Below the pieces are notes generated by a model that was given only the letters and a program-made list of their open reading frames with translations, did not search any database and was not told the DNA's origin. Below, in pieces: positions 27,470 through 37,477 of a DNA stretch of 64,000 bases (its first letter is position 1; the number at the start of each line of letters is the position of its first letter). Origin of the DNA: Bdellovibrionales bacterium (GTDB lineage: Bacteria; Bdellovibrionota; Bdellovibrionia; Bdellovibrionales; UBA1609); the NCBI GenBank assembly GCA_965242635.1, contig OZ251471.1, forward strand, positions 1,736,737-1,800,736. Reading direction: 5' to 3'. Position numbers and translations under genes: made by a program.

Positions 27470-28405
27470 TCAAAAATTAACGCCCAGTATCATTGTGACA
27501 TTCATCCAGTCCCCGTAAGGCCGAAAACTCAGGCTTTTTCCGCCACTCAGGCTCAAAGGCAGGTATTCTCTGCCCAAAGTCACGAACTGGAAGGCGTATT
27601 GCAGGCCAAAATGTATCTTTTTCATAAAATGAAACTCCAGACCCAGGCCCATGTTGAGGCCATAACCGCTGTCATCAAAAAATTCCCCTGTCTGGCCGAA
27701 AGTGGCGGTCATAATCAGGGAGCTTCGCAAAACCCCTATAAAAAGATAAGGGGCCAGCCACTGAAAATTCTTATTGAACAGGCTTTTGTCCAAAAAGTAT
27801 TTAAAGTCAATTCCCATGGAAATAAAGTCTGCGGAACCGAGAAAGCAGGTGGCACTGTTGACACAGGCGTAGTTGTTTGCTGTGGCCCCTGCCTGCCCCG
27901 CACCGGGGGTGGCGGACTGGCCCCCTCCTGTATCGAAGGCGATATAGTGTGAGCTGGCTGTGACGGCAAACTGAATGGCAAAATTCATATCAAAGAAATA
28001 GTTGAGATAACCTCCATAAGTGGGGCCTATATTGTAAAAAGAGGCCATATTCATTGTGAAAAGCTTGACCCCCCCCTGCACACCAAGGGTGATAAAACGG
28101 CCATGTTGAAAAAAGTTAATGTTTTTTTGTTCGTCCGCTGTGTTCTCAAACTCAGAATAGTCGGCAAAAGGGTCATAAGCGTTCAGCTCCTCCTTTTTGC
28201 TTTCCTCTTTGCCCACCGCCTGACCCATGAAGACACAGCTGAACAGCACGACCACAAACAAAGCGGAGAGGAGGCTTTGGCAGGAAGAAACAGGCCCTTT
28301 GGCGGGCGGAGAGGGGCTCAAAAAAACAGAGTGCAAATATGTCCAATACATGTAAACACTATCGGCTTTTTTGAATGGAAAATAAAAATTGGGATCCATA
28401 ATCAA
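27470..28405 (-). CDS. Outer-membrane beta-barrel protein (start uncertain)
   Basis: Hydrophobic signal-like LLSALFVVVLFSCVFMGQAVG and a C-terminal ...VTMILGVNF. The true start is probably downstream of the track start. Confidence 0.55.
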   Translation of the reverse strand: MIMDPNFYFPFKKADSVYMYWTYLHSVFLSPSPPAKGPVSSCQSLLSALFVVVLFSCVFMGQAVGKEESKKEELNAYDPFADYSEFENTADEQKNINFFQHGRFITLGVQGGVKLFTMNMASFYNIGPTYGGYLNYFFDMNFAIQFAVTASSHYIAFDTGGGQSATPGAGQAGATANNYACVNSATCFLGSADFISMGIDFKYFLDKSLFNKNFQWLAPYLFIGVLRSSLIMTATFGQTGEFFDDSGYGLNMGLGLEFHFMKKIHFGLQYAFQFVTLGREYLPLSLSGGKSLSFRPYGDWMNVTMILGVNF

Positions 28406-28448
28406 AGCCGGGCTGGACCTTGGTCCTGCTCTGTTCCTGAACCAACAG

Positions 28449-29891
28449 CTATTTTTTCAGGAACCATCTTTTTAAGAAAGGTGTTTTCTTTTGGTTGGAG
28501 GAGGGGGATCGGCTTTTGGTCTGGGCTGGTTCCTCTGTCGCGTTTTGCTCTTGGGCCGTTTGTGTGTTCATGATGTGGGATATCATGTCCAGCTCTCTTT
28601 GTTCCTCCTGCAAAGGGGCCCGATCAAAGGAGGAAATGGCTCTGCCAGAGGGCAGAGGCTCTCCATCTTCACCCACTGCATGGAGAAATTGTTTGCCACC
28701 GAAGTCCACTTTTTCATCCATAAAATTCACTGTTTTTCCTCTGGCCTGCAAAGCCCTGAAAATATTAAGCCTTCTTCTCTGGCTGGTTTTGCCCTGTAAC
28801 TGATCTTTGATATCCCCTGTCATTTTCAGGTGTTTTATGGCAAAACGGGCGGTTCGGCTTTTATAATAGTCCATTATCAGCACCGCCGCCCCGGTGGCCA
28901 CGGCGGTGGCCTGGGAGGTGCCGGTCATACGGCCGTATTTTCCGCCCGGCAGGGTGGAAAGAATGTTTTTGCCGGGGGCGGCCCCTGACACCGTCTTTCC
29001 ATAGTTACTGCTGGAGAGAACCCTGTCACCTGCCTCATCTGTGGCAGTGACAGGCAAAATATTGCTCCACTTGTATCGGGCGGGGTAGTAGCTGATTTTA
29101 TGATCGATATTGGATCGTTCATTACCAGCCGCGGCCACAAAAAGGATGCCTTTTTTTTCCGCCTCCCGGATAGCCCTGCTTTCCTCTTTATTGGGCTCCA
29201 GCCCTCCCCCGGAATAATTGATAATGTGTGCACCGTTTTGAACGGCGTATCGAATGGCTTTGACCGTGTTTTTCAGGTTATTTTTGCCGTTGTCGTTGGG
29301 ATCGTAATATTTAAGGGCCATGAGGCTGACCTTTGGGGCCACCCCGCTGAGGCCGATATTATTGCCCCCCACAGCACCTATAATGCCGGCGATATGGGTG
29401 CCATGCCCGTGCGTATCATTAACCCGGTTGTTGTTGGCCACAAAATTCCAGCCGTGGATGTCATCCACATGGCCATTGCCATCATCGTCCTTTTGGTTTC
29501 CGGGAATCTCCCTGGGGTTTTTCCATATATTGGCTTTCAAGTCGGGGTGCTGAACATCAATGCCCGTATCAATGACCGCCACCACAATATCCCGGTTCCC
29601 CTGAGAAAATTGGAGCCAGGCGGACCGGGCCTGAATTTTTTGCAGGTCCCATTTTTCCCCCATCAGAGGGTCCTTCATTATGACATGAACCTCTTTTGCC
29701 GGGGCAGGGACGGGCCGGGCCGTGCCCAAAGGGATTTTTCTTTGGGATTTGGGGACTCTCGCCGTCTGGCCTTCCGGGACTGCCCGGTGGTCTGTGGGAT
29801 TTGGGGGGCTTTTTCCAGCCGGGGGGCTTTCTCCGACAGAGGAAAAGGCAAAAATGAGCAAAAACGCGGGGACAGTGGCAAAAAATTTCAT
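28449..29891 (-). CDS. Secreted subtilisin-like (S8) serine protease
   Basis: Asp-His-Ser triad motifs VAVIDTGID, HGTHIAGIIGA and GTSQATAVATGAA. SD aaggag before the ATG at 29891. Signal peptide MKFFATVPAFLLIFAFSS. Confidence 0.9.
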   Translation of the reverse strand: MKFFATVPAFLLIFAFSSVGESPPAGKSPPNPTDHRAVPEGQTARVPKSQRKIPLGTARPVPAPAKEVHVIMKDPLMGEKWDLQKIQARSAWLQFSQGNRDIVVAVIDTGIDVQHPDLKANIWKNPREIPGNQKDDDGNGHVDDIHGWNFVANNNRVNDTHGHGTHIAGIIGAVGGNNIGLSGVAPKVSLMALKYYDPNDNGKNNLKNTVKAIRYAVQNGAHIINYSGGGLEPNKEESRAIREAEKKGILFVAAAGNERSNIDHKISYYPARYKWSNILPVTATDEAGDRVLSSSNYGKTVSGAAPGKNILSTLPGGKYGRMTGTSQATAVATGAAVLIMDYYKSRTARFAIKHLKMTGDIKDQLQGKTSQRRRLNIFRALQARGKTVNFMDEKVDFGGKQFLHAVGEDGEPLPSGRAISSFDRAPLQEEQRELDMISHIMNTQTAQEQNATEEPAQTKSRSPSSNQKKTPFLKRWFLKK

Positions 29892-30169
29892 GATATTCTC
29901 CTTAAGTTGTTTGTCCAGGGCCATGATTCTCTAATCGGCTTTTTATATTTTTTCTTGAATCGGGGGCGAAAAATCAGTGGATTTGGCTGTCCCGGCCCCC
30001 CACAAAACCCGGATTTTGTGGGATCTGGTTATAATATGCGTCAAAATTCGGGCAGGAAGGGGCCGGGAAAAACCACAGAAAAATAATCTGTTTTTTTCTT
30101 GACCATAGTCTGGCTTTTGTTGTATTCATTGTCTTTAGAGGTTTAAGGATTTTTGAAAGTTTTTATATA

Positions 30170-30481
30170 ATGAACCAAAAACCACCATTAAAAACATATC
30201 AGGTGCAAGTCGGAGACTGTTCTTTGAGGCTGAAATCCAGCCAGGATCCGGCCACTTTGAAAGAGATACTCAAAGTGGTTGATAGACATATTCGCTTTGT
30301 CAGGGCGGATAGCCCGGCGGGGCTGTCCATGCACAGGGTGCTGGCTCTCTCCTGTCTGAACATGGCAGAAGAGATGGTCTGCCTCAAGCAGGATCTACGC
30401 CAGCAGACAGATCAGCTGGAGCTTTCCACTCAGTCTCTTTTTGCCGATCTAAAATCCTCCTCTATGGGCCTTTCGGGATAA
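30170..30481 (+). CDS. zapA: ZapA-like cell-division protein
   Basis: 103 aa. YQVQVGDCSLRLKS...LKEILKVVDRHI...VLALSCLNMAEEM pattern. Followed by 5-formyl-THF cyclo-ligase, as in the conserved zapA-(ssrS)-ygfA arrangement. Confidence 0.6.
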   Translation: MNQKPPLKTYQVQVGDCSLRLKSSQDPATLKEILKVVDRHIRFVRADSPAGLSMHRVLALSCLNMAEEMVCLKQDLRQQTDQLELSTQSLFADLKSSSMGLSG

Positions 30482-30502
30482 AAAACCGAAAGGTTTTTTT
30501 GT
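30482..30502 (+). terminator. Weak A/T-rich hairpin after zapA
   Basis: aaaaaccgaaaggttttttt: a short stem (aaacc/ggttt) followed by a T-run. Confidence 0.3.
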
Positions 30503-30512
30503 TTCATGATCC

Positions 30513-31157
30513 ATGTCCTGCTTAAGAGGGGGGGTTGTTGTGTTGTCTGTTCAGCAGTTGAAATCCGAAAAAAGGTCTCTTTTCAGGGCGGGGCGGAAGG
30601 CCCGGCGGAACAAAACCCAGGGCTTGGCCAAAGCTTTGGCGAATCAGCTGGCCTGTCTGAATATCTGGAACGGGCAAAAGACCATTGCCTCTTATCGTGC
30701 CCTGAGGGGGGAGCTATCCCCACAGGTTTTTCAGCAAAAGCACTCTCAAAAAGCCTGTTTTGTGTTCCCTCAGTTTCGCAACAAAAAAATGTTTTTTGCT
30801 CCTTTTCAGGGAGGGTGGGAGCCTGGCCCTTATCCTGGCCTGTGGCAACCTGCCGGGCCAAAATCAGTGCCTGTGTCTGAAATTGATGTCTTTCTGGTGC
30901 CGGGCCTGGCTTTTGACAGAGAGGGCCGAAGATTGGGACGGGGAGGGGGCTGGTATGATCGTGCCCTGTCCAAAAGCCGGGGGCTGAAGATAGGGCTGGC
31001 CCCTGTCTCTCATATCCTCAACACCCCTTTGCCGGAAGAAAGCCATGATGTGCGAATGGATGTGGTGGTGACGGAACATTTTTCACTTATTCCTTTTAAA
31101 GAGAAGGTTTTTTTGGAAGAGGAACACAGGCCGGCCGGGGCCGGGAAAATGGCTTGA
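30513..31157 (+). CDS. 5-formyltetrahydrofolate cyclo-ligase
   Basis: ...IDVFLVPGLAFDREGRRLGRGGGWYDR... is the family signature. The exact start is uncertain. Confidence 0.8.
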   Translation: MSCLRGGVVVLSVQQLKSEKRSLFRAGRKARRNKTQGLAKALANQLACLNIWNGQKTIASYRALRGELSPQVFQQKHSQKACFVFPQFRNKKMFFAPFQGGWEPGPYPGLWQPAGPKSVPVSEIDVFLVPGLAFDREGRRLGRGGGWYDRALSKSRGLKIGLAPVSHILNTPLPEESHDVRMDVVVTEHFSLIPFKEKVFLEEEHRPAGAGKMA

Positions 31158-31200
31158 GCCGGAGAGATTAAGGAACAACACTTAAACGAAAGAGGTAAAC

Positions 31201-32787
31201 ATGAACTTACTTATAACAGCGGATTCTCTTTGGGTTTTGGGGAGTGCTTTTGCCGGATTTTTACTTGGGGTTATGGTTTTTGTGGTGTATTTGCGGATCT
31301 TTCAGGAACGGCGAAAAAAATACCTGAAAAAAGAGATGAGCTTTATCATCAATCAGGCCCGGTCCAAGGCCATGCGAATGGAAAAGTCCGCCCTTTCCAG
31401 GGCAAAGGACACGGAGCGGCGGATGAAAAACAAAATGGACATGGAGGCCCGGCGGGAGAAAAAACAGCTGGAGGACATGAAATACCATGCAGAGCAAAAC
31501 AAGGTTCGCCTTGAGAGGGAGTGGAAGAAAAAGACAGAGGAAGTGGAAATCCAGGGGGAAGATCTCAAAAGGCAGAAGGAAAGAGCGGAATTCAAAGAGC
31601 AACAGCTGGAAAAGGCCACTCAAAAAGCGGAGCAAAAAATAGAGGAGCTGAACCAGATTATGGAGAAAGCGGTGGGCATGACGAAAGAGCAGGCACGGGA
31701 GGAGATGAGAAAAAACATGGAGGAGGAGATAAAAAAAGAGCTGGCCCCCCGGATAATCAGCATGGAAAAAGAAATGAAGAAGGAATCAGAGCAAAGGGCC
31801 AAAGTTTGGCTGTCCCGTGCTTTGGCACGGATGGCGGGGGAGGTCTCAACAGAGAGGACCACAGGCTCTTTACCTATAAAGGGGGAGGAGACCAAGGGCA
31901 AAATCATTGGCCGGGAGGGGCGGAATATTCGTGCTCTGGAATCAGCCTGTGGGGTGGATATTATCATCGATGAAAGTCAGGAGATTATTTTGGTGTCCTG
32001 TTTTGATTCTGTCCGGCGGGAGGTGGCTCTTCGGTCCATCCATCGTTTACTGGAGGAGGGGCGGGTGCACCCGGCCCGTATTGAGGAGGTGGTGGGAAAA
32101 ATCAAGCGGGACATATTCCATTCCATGGCCGAGGAGGGAAAGCGGATGTGTTTTGATTTGGGCTTGCATGATGTGAAGCCGGCTCTTATTGAGACCCTTG
32201 GCACTTTAAAATACCGGTTGATAGGGGGCAACAATGCTTTAAAGAGCAGTGTGGAGGTGGCTTATCTGGCGGGGCTTATAGCTGGTGAGCTGAATGTGGA
32301 GCAGAAGACAGCCAAAAGGGCTGGCCTGTTTCATGCCATTGGTTTGGGAGTGGATCACCGGGTGGAGGGCAGTTATTCCTCCGTGGGTGCAGACTATGCC
32401 AGAAAGCAGGGGGAGTCCCCGGCGGTGTGCCAGGCCATTCGTTGTCATCGTGGGGAAGTCCCTGCGGAATCCATTTTGGATCATATTGTGCAGTCGGCTT
32501 ATAATTTGTTTTATGAACGACCGGGGGCCAAGAGGGATGTTATGGAAAATTACATTACCCGTATGAAGGATATGGAGTCTGTTGCCAACAGTTTTGATGG
32601 GGTGATTCGAAGTTTTGCCATTCGGGCGGGAAAGGAGGTGCGTGTGTTGGTGGATAGTGGCAAAGTGACGGATGAGCAGGCTTTTATGTTGAGCCGGGAC
32701 ATTGCCGAAAAAATCAGCCGTGAGATGGACGAGCAGGGCCAGGTCAGCGTCCTCCGCGAATGCCGCATGGTCGAACAAGCCCGCTAA
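31201..32787 (+). CDS. rny: Ribonuclease Y
   Basis: N-terminal TM helix, long Lys/Glu coiled coil, KH domain (GKIIGREGRNIRALE), then an HD-type domain. Confidence 0.9.
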   Translation: MNLLITADSLWVLGSAFAGFLLGVMVFVVYLRIFQERRKKYLKKEMSFIINQARSKAMRMEKSALSRAKDTERRMKNKMDMEARREKKQLEDMKYHAEQNKVRLEREWKKKTEEVEIQGEDLKRQKERAEFKEQQLEKATQKAEQKIEELNQIMEKAVGMTKEQAREEMRKNMEEEIKKELAPRIISMEKEMKKESEQRAKVWLSRALARMAGEVSTERTTGSLPIKGEETKGKIIGREGRNIRALESACGVDIIIDESQEIILVSCFDSVRREVALRSIHRLLEEGRVHPARIEEVVGKIKRDIFHSMAEEGKRMCFDLGLHDVKPALIETLGTLKYRLIGGNNALKSSVEVAYLAGLIAGELNVEQKTAKRAGLFHAIGLGVDHRVEGSYSSVGADYARKQGESPAVCQAIRCHRGEVPAESILDHIVQSAYNLFYERPGAKRDVMENYITRMKDMESVANSFDGVIRSFAIRAGKEVRVLVDSGKVTDEQAFMLSRDIAEKISREMDEQGQVSVLRECRMVEQAR

Positions 32788-32821
32788 TCCCCGGGCCTGA
32801 ATCAAGACCACCTTGCCCTCA

Positions 32822-33246
32822 CCGTCATTCCCGCGAAAGCGGGAATCCAGAAAATCTACCTGACCACTGAATAGCCTTAATCAGTCATTCCCTTTTCTGC
32901 CGTCATTCCCGCGAAAAACTGTCATTCCCGCGAAAGCGGGAACCCACTCCTCTTTCCAAAAACTGTCATTCAATAAAGGCCATTTTGCCCTTTCCGCTTG
33001 TGCTATTGTCCCCTTTCGAACTGTCATTCCTTTCCAAAAACTGTCATTCCCGCGAAAGCGGGAATCCAGAAAATCTGCCTGATCACTGAATAGCCTTAAT
33101 CAATCATTCCCTTTTCTGCCGTCATTCCCTTTTCTGCCGTCATTCCCTTTTCTGCCGTCATTCCCTTTTCTGCCGTCATTCCCGCGAAAAACTGTCATTC
33201 CCGCGAAAGCGGGAATCCAGACCTTTCCCCCTGAAAGGGGGGGTCA
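32822..33246. repeat. Mosaic array of dRS3/NIME-like hairpin repeats (attcccgcgaaagcgggaat) plus an 18-bp tandem repeat
   Basis: Four full gtcattcccgcgaaagcggga(a/t)cca hairpin units (about 32824, 32921, 33045 and 33195). Many gtcattccc half-sites. An ~85-bp segment is duplicated (32824-32910 versus 33045-33130). tcattcccttttctgccg occurs 4 times in tandem (33104-33175). Terminal hairpin ccccctgaaaggggg. Confidence 0.85.
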
Positions 33247-33276
33247 AAGACAAACTTGCGACTTGGATTCTTGTAT

Positions 33277-33305
33277 TTGACAGCACTCTACTTTGCGGTT
33301 ATAGT
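33277..33305 (+). promoter_or_regulatory. Near-consensus sigma70 promoter (TTGACA, 17 nt, TATAGT) that would give a leaderless or very short-leader SIR2 mRNA
   Basis: ttgacagcactctactttgcggttatagt. The -10 element ends 10 nt before the ATG at 33316 and there is no SD between them. Confidence 0.55.
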
Positions 33306-33315
33306 GTTACACCTT

Positions 33316-36300
33316 ATGATTTACATCCCAAACGGCCCTGATATACCTGAAAAAGTTGAACAAGATCTCAGCAATGACAACTTGGTATTTTTTTGTGGAG
33401 CTGGCATTTCTTTTCAAAATGGCTTGCCCTTGTTCAAGGGCTTGGTGGAGCGAGTTTGCCAAAAGCTTGGTATCGATAGAGAGAAAGAGCCTCTTTTGGA
33501 AAAGGCTCATAAAAAAGAAAACTATGCCAGAATGCTGGATTTGATCGAAGGCAATCAATCTTTCTCAGTCACCAAAGAGAAGTTAAGAAAAAAAGTTATT
33601 GAAATTTTAAATCAATACAAAGGCAAGCCTGATATTCATAAAGCCCTTTTGGATCTGTCTGCCTCGCCGGGTAACAAGGGCCATCGATTGGTCACCACTA
33701 ATTTTGACAGGTTGTTTTTTAAAGCTGGTCTTAATAATGATCATGCTTTTTTTGATTCAGTCCCCAAATTAGTAGCCCTACCCAGAAAAGACACATGGCA
33801 ACATCTGACCTTCTTGCATGGTGTGATTGATGAAGAACATGATCCAGAAGGCAAGCATCTAATTCTCACTGGAAGCGATGTTGGCTTGGCTTATTTGCAT
33901 GATAATTGGGCCAGTCGTTTTATTATTCAGCTTTTTCAGGATTGGACAGTGCTGTTCATCGGATGTAGTGTAAACGATCCTGTAATGCAATATCTTTTTT
34001 TAGCTATTCATGAAAATCAAAAAAGAAGGCAAAATAGCAAAAAACAGACTGAAGCACATATCAATCACACAACAGATGAAAGTACAATTTATGCTTTTGT
34101 TGGATATAAAGATGGACAAAAAGAGTCAGCTAAAGATGAGTGGAGAGGTTTGGGTGTGAAACCTATCCTCTATAAAATTACAGGCAACAAAGACAATGAG
34201 AATCATTCACTGTTATACAATACTATCAAAAAGTGGGCTTGTTCAAAGCAAATAGGTTTACCCGGCAAAAAAGTCCAACTTGAAGAGCAATTAAGATTAC
34301 TCTATAAAGAAAAAGAGCGGGCTACTAAATCAAAAAGAACAAGATTATCTGACAGAAAAGTCCAACTTAAAGAGCAATTAAGATCACCTTATAAAAAAGA
34401 AACAGATAAAGAAAAAGCAAATAATGTTATTTCCTCTTTAAACATAGATGATAAATTGGCAAGATATTTTTCACAAATAGATTTTGCACCCGATCCAACA
34501 GAGAATAACAAATCATCTCCCAACAAACCAGTGGACATCAGCTGGTTAAGTGCTTTTGATAATTCTGAAAAGAGAGCAAACAAAATAAAATTTGCCCCTG
34601 CAAAAGAGAAAGAGGCTAAAAGCAGTACACTGGAAAAGTTAACAAAAAAAACCTCCCAAACAAATCCACCTCTATGGGAACCTTTATCACCATTGGAGGG
34701 GCATATAGCCCTTTGGCTCTGTAACCACTTGGATAAAAAAGAATTAGTCCACTGGGTCATAGATAAAGGTTGTATATTGCATCCAGGGTTTAAAAGCATG
34801 ATTCGATACACAATAGATAAAAGACCAATTGAAGGTATTCAAAAAACCGTTTTGAAAAAGAATATACAGCTTTTTTGGGAAACTGTTATTGACAATAATT
34901 ATTTAAAAAGTAGGTATTACTATGATACTGTATATGGTATAATAGAGGATCTGAATCGACAATACTCTCCGTTTAAAGCCAAGATTTTATTGGAATTATT
35001 GGAGCCTTACATCCATTTTCATACAGATTGGCTTTCAGATTCAGAATCGGATTTTACAAAAGAAGTTCGTAAACCTGAAATAAAAATCAATATAGACCAT
35101 TATCCCAGCATTCAGCTTAAAAATGAAAAAGTGCTTTCACATCATGCAGAAGATTTTTCGGATTTACTGAAAAAAGCAATGGAACTGGCCGAAAAGATTG
35201 AAATTATTAAAAATGGAGAAGATCATTTCTATATTATCAGGCCTTCTATTGAAGAGCAAAATATAACATATCATACTTGGATTTATCTCATTGATTTGAC
35301 AAGAGACAGTTTTGATATGGCTGTAAAGAAAGATAGACAGTTGGCTAATCTTTTGTTACAAAAATGGCAATATTATTCTTACTCTCTTTTTCATCGTCTT
35401 ATTCTTTATGCTGTGACCAAATACCCTGAATTGGATCAAAAAATAGCTCTTGATCTTTTAAGTAATGAACAACACCATGTTTTATGGTCCATATCCTGTC
35501 AAAATGAAGTCTTTAAATACTTAAAATCTGAAAAGTATTCTCACACTCAACAAAAAGCATTGTTGGATTTAATCATGAAAGGGCCACCCAACAGTTTATT
35601 CATGGATAATATTGATGATAAAATTATTACAGAATACAAAGAAAAAGATATCTATAAGAGGTTGAGTTGCTTAAAAGTGTCTGGCATATCCTTTCCTCAA
35701 GAAGTGGAAAAATATTATCATGAAATTCAATCCAAGTATTCCCTTCAAAACAAGGAAATACATGATTTTCCTTATTTCCATACTGGGTGGAGACCAAGAG
35801 ATATGAGACAGCAAAGATATAATCAATTAAGCTCTGAACAAATATACGATGATCTCAAAAAACCAATCCACCCTTTGGAACAAGAAGAAAAAAAGCAGGC
35901 TTTTCAATATTTAACTGAAGACCAGGTAGATAAAGCTTTTGAAGTGCTCTTAAAATTTTCAGATTCAGAGCATATTAGTGCTTCATATTGGGGAGCTTTT
36001 TGTAATGGTCTTTCCTCAGCAACAGATCAAAACAAAGCAAATGAATATTTTATAAAATCCATCAAAAAAATTGAAGGTTTTAATGATGAATTTATCACTG
36101 AATGTCTGTGGCCTTTGGTAGAATCTTTTGGATACAAAGGAGGACTGTTATACTATAAAGTAGACAAAGATTTTTTCAAAAGATGGTGGAAAAAATTATG
36201 GGATTTAAGTGTTAAAAAAGAACAAAAGCACCTGTCCAAAGAATCTTCCAATGTGAACATGAGGGCACATAACTCACTGTTGGGCAAATTAACAAATTCC

Positions 36301-37272
36301 ATAATTCAGTTTTTATGGAGTCATTTTGATGAAAAAACAATTCTAAAAAATGGCCAGATACCAGATGGTGTAAGGGAGTATTTAAGTATTATTATAACAC
36401 AGGGAGCAAAAACAAATCCAGCCGTTATGTTTCATTTTGGAACATATTTATTCACTCTTTGGTTTTTGGACAAAGAATGGACAAAAAAACATATAAAACC
36501 TTTAATGAATTTTGACAAACATAAAAATATATGCAAATCTCTATGGACAGGATATTTCTATCATGTAGAAGTCAATCCTGATTTTTTGTCTTATTTTAAA
36601 AAAGAATTATTACAAATGTTTTTAAATAGTCAGTATTTATATGCAAAAGAATCAGAAGACACACACAAATCAAATGTATTGGAATCTGTCACAGAGCTGT
36701 TTCTTATTGCAACTGGTGGCAAGTGGTTTGAAAACATTTTTACAAATGATGAAACACAGAATCTAAAACAAAAATTTATCTTGAATACAGATATTTTGGA
36801 ATCCTTATCCAGACAAATATGGGTTCTTTTAAAAGATTCTAAAGAAAAATCTGGCATTTTATGGGATGAAAAAATAAAACCTTGGATTGAGCAATTTTGG
36901 CCAGCTCAGAAAAACATGAAAACTCTTGGAATAGCTCAAGATTTATCTTGTGCTTTATTGTATTGTGGGGATAAATTTCCGGAAGCTCTTGGAGTATTAG
37001 GAGAACATATCAAAGGAGTTATGGCCAAAAATCACTATGAAATTTTATTTTTAATAAATGGAGACATGGGTGACGATAAAAAAAGATTTGACTCTACTTT
37101 TGACTACCCTCATGATTTTCTAAACCTTTTAAACTGGAATTTTCCACAAGATGAAACCATATACAGTCATTATAGTGAAATGTTGCAAGAAATATTAAAC
37201 AAAATAAAAAATAAACATCCGGGCATAGAAGAAGATGAAAAATACATCGATCTCGAAGAAAAACTGTCTTGA
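33316..37272 (+). CDS. Large SIR2-domain fusion protein (~1318 aa), DSR1-like defence-associated sirtuin
   Basis: The N-terminal ~300 aa carry VFFCGAGISFQNGLP, VTTNFDRLF and TFLHGVI (SIR2 NAD-binding and catalytic motifs). About 1000 aa of unrecognised, helix-rich sequence follow. The ATG at 33316 is preferred over the track's TTG at 33256. Confidence 0.8.
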   Translation: MIYIPNGPDIPEKVEQDLSNDNLVFFCGAGISFQNGLPLFKGLVERVCQKLGIDREKEPLLEKAHKKENYARMLDLIEGNQSFSVTKEKLRKKVIEILNQYKGKPDIHKALLDLSASPGNKGHRLVTTNFDRLFFKAGLNNDHAFFDSVPKLVALPRKDTWQHLTFLHGVIDEEHDPEGKHLILTGSDVGLAYLHDNWASRFIIQLFQDWTVLFIGCSVNDPVMQYLFLAIHENQKRRQNSKKQTEAHINHTTDESTIYAFVGYKDGQKESAKDEWRGLGVKPILYKITGNKDNENHSLLYNTIKKWACSKQIGLPGKKVQLEEQLRLLYKEKERATKSKRTRLSDRKVQLKEQLRSPYKKETDKEKANNVISSLNIDDKLARYFSQIDFAPDPTENNKSSPNKPVDISWLSAFDNSEKRANKIKFAPAKEKEAKSSTLEKLTKKTSQTNPPLWEPLSPLEGHIALWLCNHLDKKELVHWVIDKGCILHPGFKSMIRYTIDKRPIEGIQKTVLKKNIQLFWETVIDNNYLKSRYYYDTVYGIIEDLNRQYSPFKAKILLELLEPYIHFHTDWLSDSESDFTKEVRKPEIKINIDHYPSIQLKNEKVLSHHAEDFSDLLKKAMELAEKIEIIKNGEDHFYIIRPSIEEQNITYHTWIYLIDLTRDSFDMAVKKDRQLANLLLQKWQYYSYSLFHRLILYAVTKYPELDQKIALDLLSNEQHHVLWSISCQNEVFKYLKSEKYSHTQQKALLDLIMKGPPNSLFMDNIDDKIITEYKEKDIYKRLSCLKVSGISFPQEVEKYYHEIQSKYSLQNKEIHDFPYFHTGWRPRDMRQQRYNQLSSEQIYDDLKKPIHPLEQEEKKQAFQYLTEDQVDKAFEVLLKFSDSEHISASYWGAFCNGLSSATDQNKANEYFIKSIKKIEGFNDEFITECLWPLVESFGYKGGLLYYKVDKDFFKRWWKKLWDLSVKKEQKHLSKESSNVNMRAHNSLLGKLTNSIIQFLWSHFDEKTILKNGQIPDGVREYLSIIITQGAKTNPAVMFHFGTYLFTLWFLDKEWTKKHIKPLMNFDKHKNICKSLWTGYFYHVEVNPDFLSYFKKELLQMFLNSQYLYAKESEDTHKSNVLESVTELFLIATGGKWFENIFTNDETQNLKQKFILNTDILESLSRQIWVLLKDSKEKSGILWDEKIKPWIEQFWPAQKNMKTLGIAQDLSCALLYCGDKFPEALGVLGEHIKGVMAKNHYEILFLINGDMGDDKKRFDSTFDYPHDFLNLLNWNFPQDETIYSHYSEMLQEILNKIKNKHPGIEEDEKYIDLEEKLS

Positions 37273-37368
37273 ACCAAACTGGTTTGAGGCAAATTTTGCC
37301 TTCTGAAAAAGGTGCCACTTGGAAGTTTTTTCCTATAAAGAAAATTGAGATCCAAAAATTTCATGCCC
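37272..37368 (-). repeat. Reverse-oriented copy of the MITE-like element, between the convergent SIR2 and GmrSD genes
   Basis: aaccaaactggttt[gaggcaaattttgccttc]tgaaaaaggtgccacttggaagttttttcc... aligns with the reverse complement of 10795-10880 and has a small hairpin insertion. Confidence 0.7.
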
Positions 37369-37477
37369 TTGCTCCCGATCGGAGGTCAAACCAGTATAAA
37401 ATCTAAACCCCTATTTTTTTATAGACAGGCGGTGAATCGGTCCTGAAAGTCGGACAGTTTACCTGGAATAAGTTTGT

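Noticed and set aside
30482-30512. 6S RNA (ssrS) between zapA and the 5-formyl-THF cyclo-ligase gene, as in the E. coli zapA-ssrS-ygfA arrangement
   Set aside because: The gap is only about 30 nt, far too short for a ~180-nt 6S RNA.
32822-33246. Possible CRISPR array
   Set aside because: The repeat units are heterogeneous in length and spacing. The 'spacers' are themselves repeated. The repeats are hairpins of the dRS3/REP kind, and no cas genes or leader are present.
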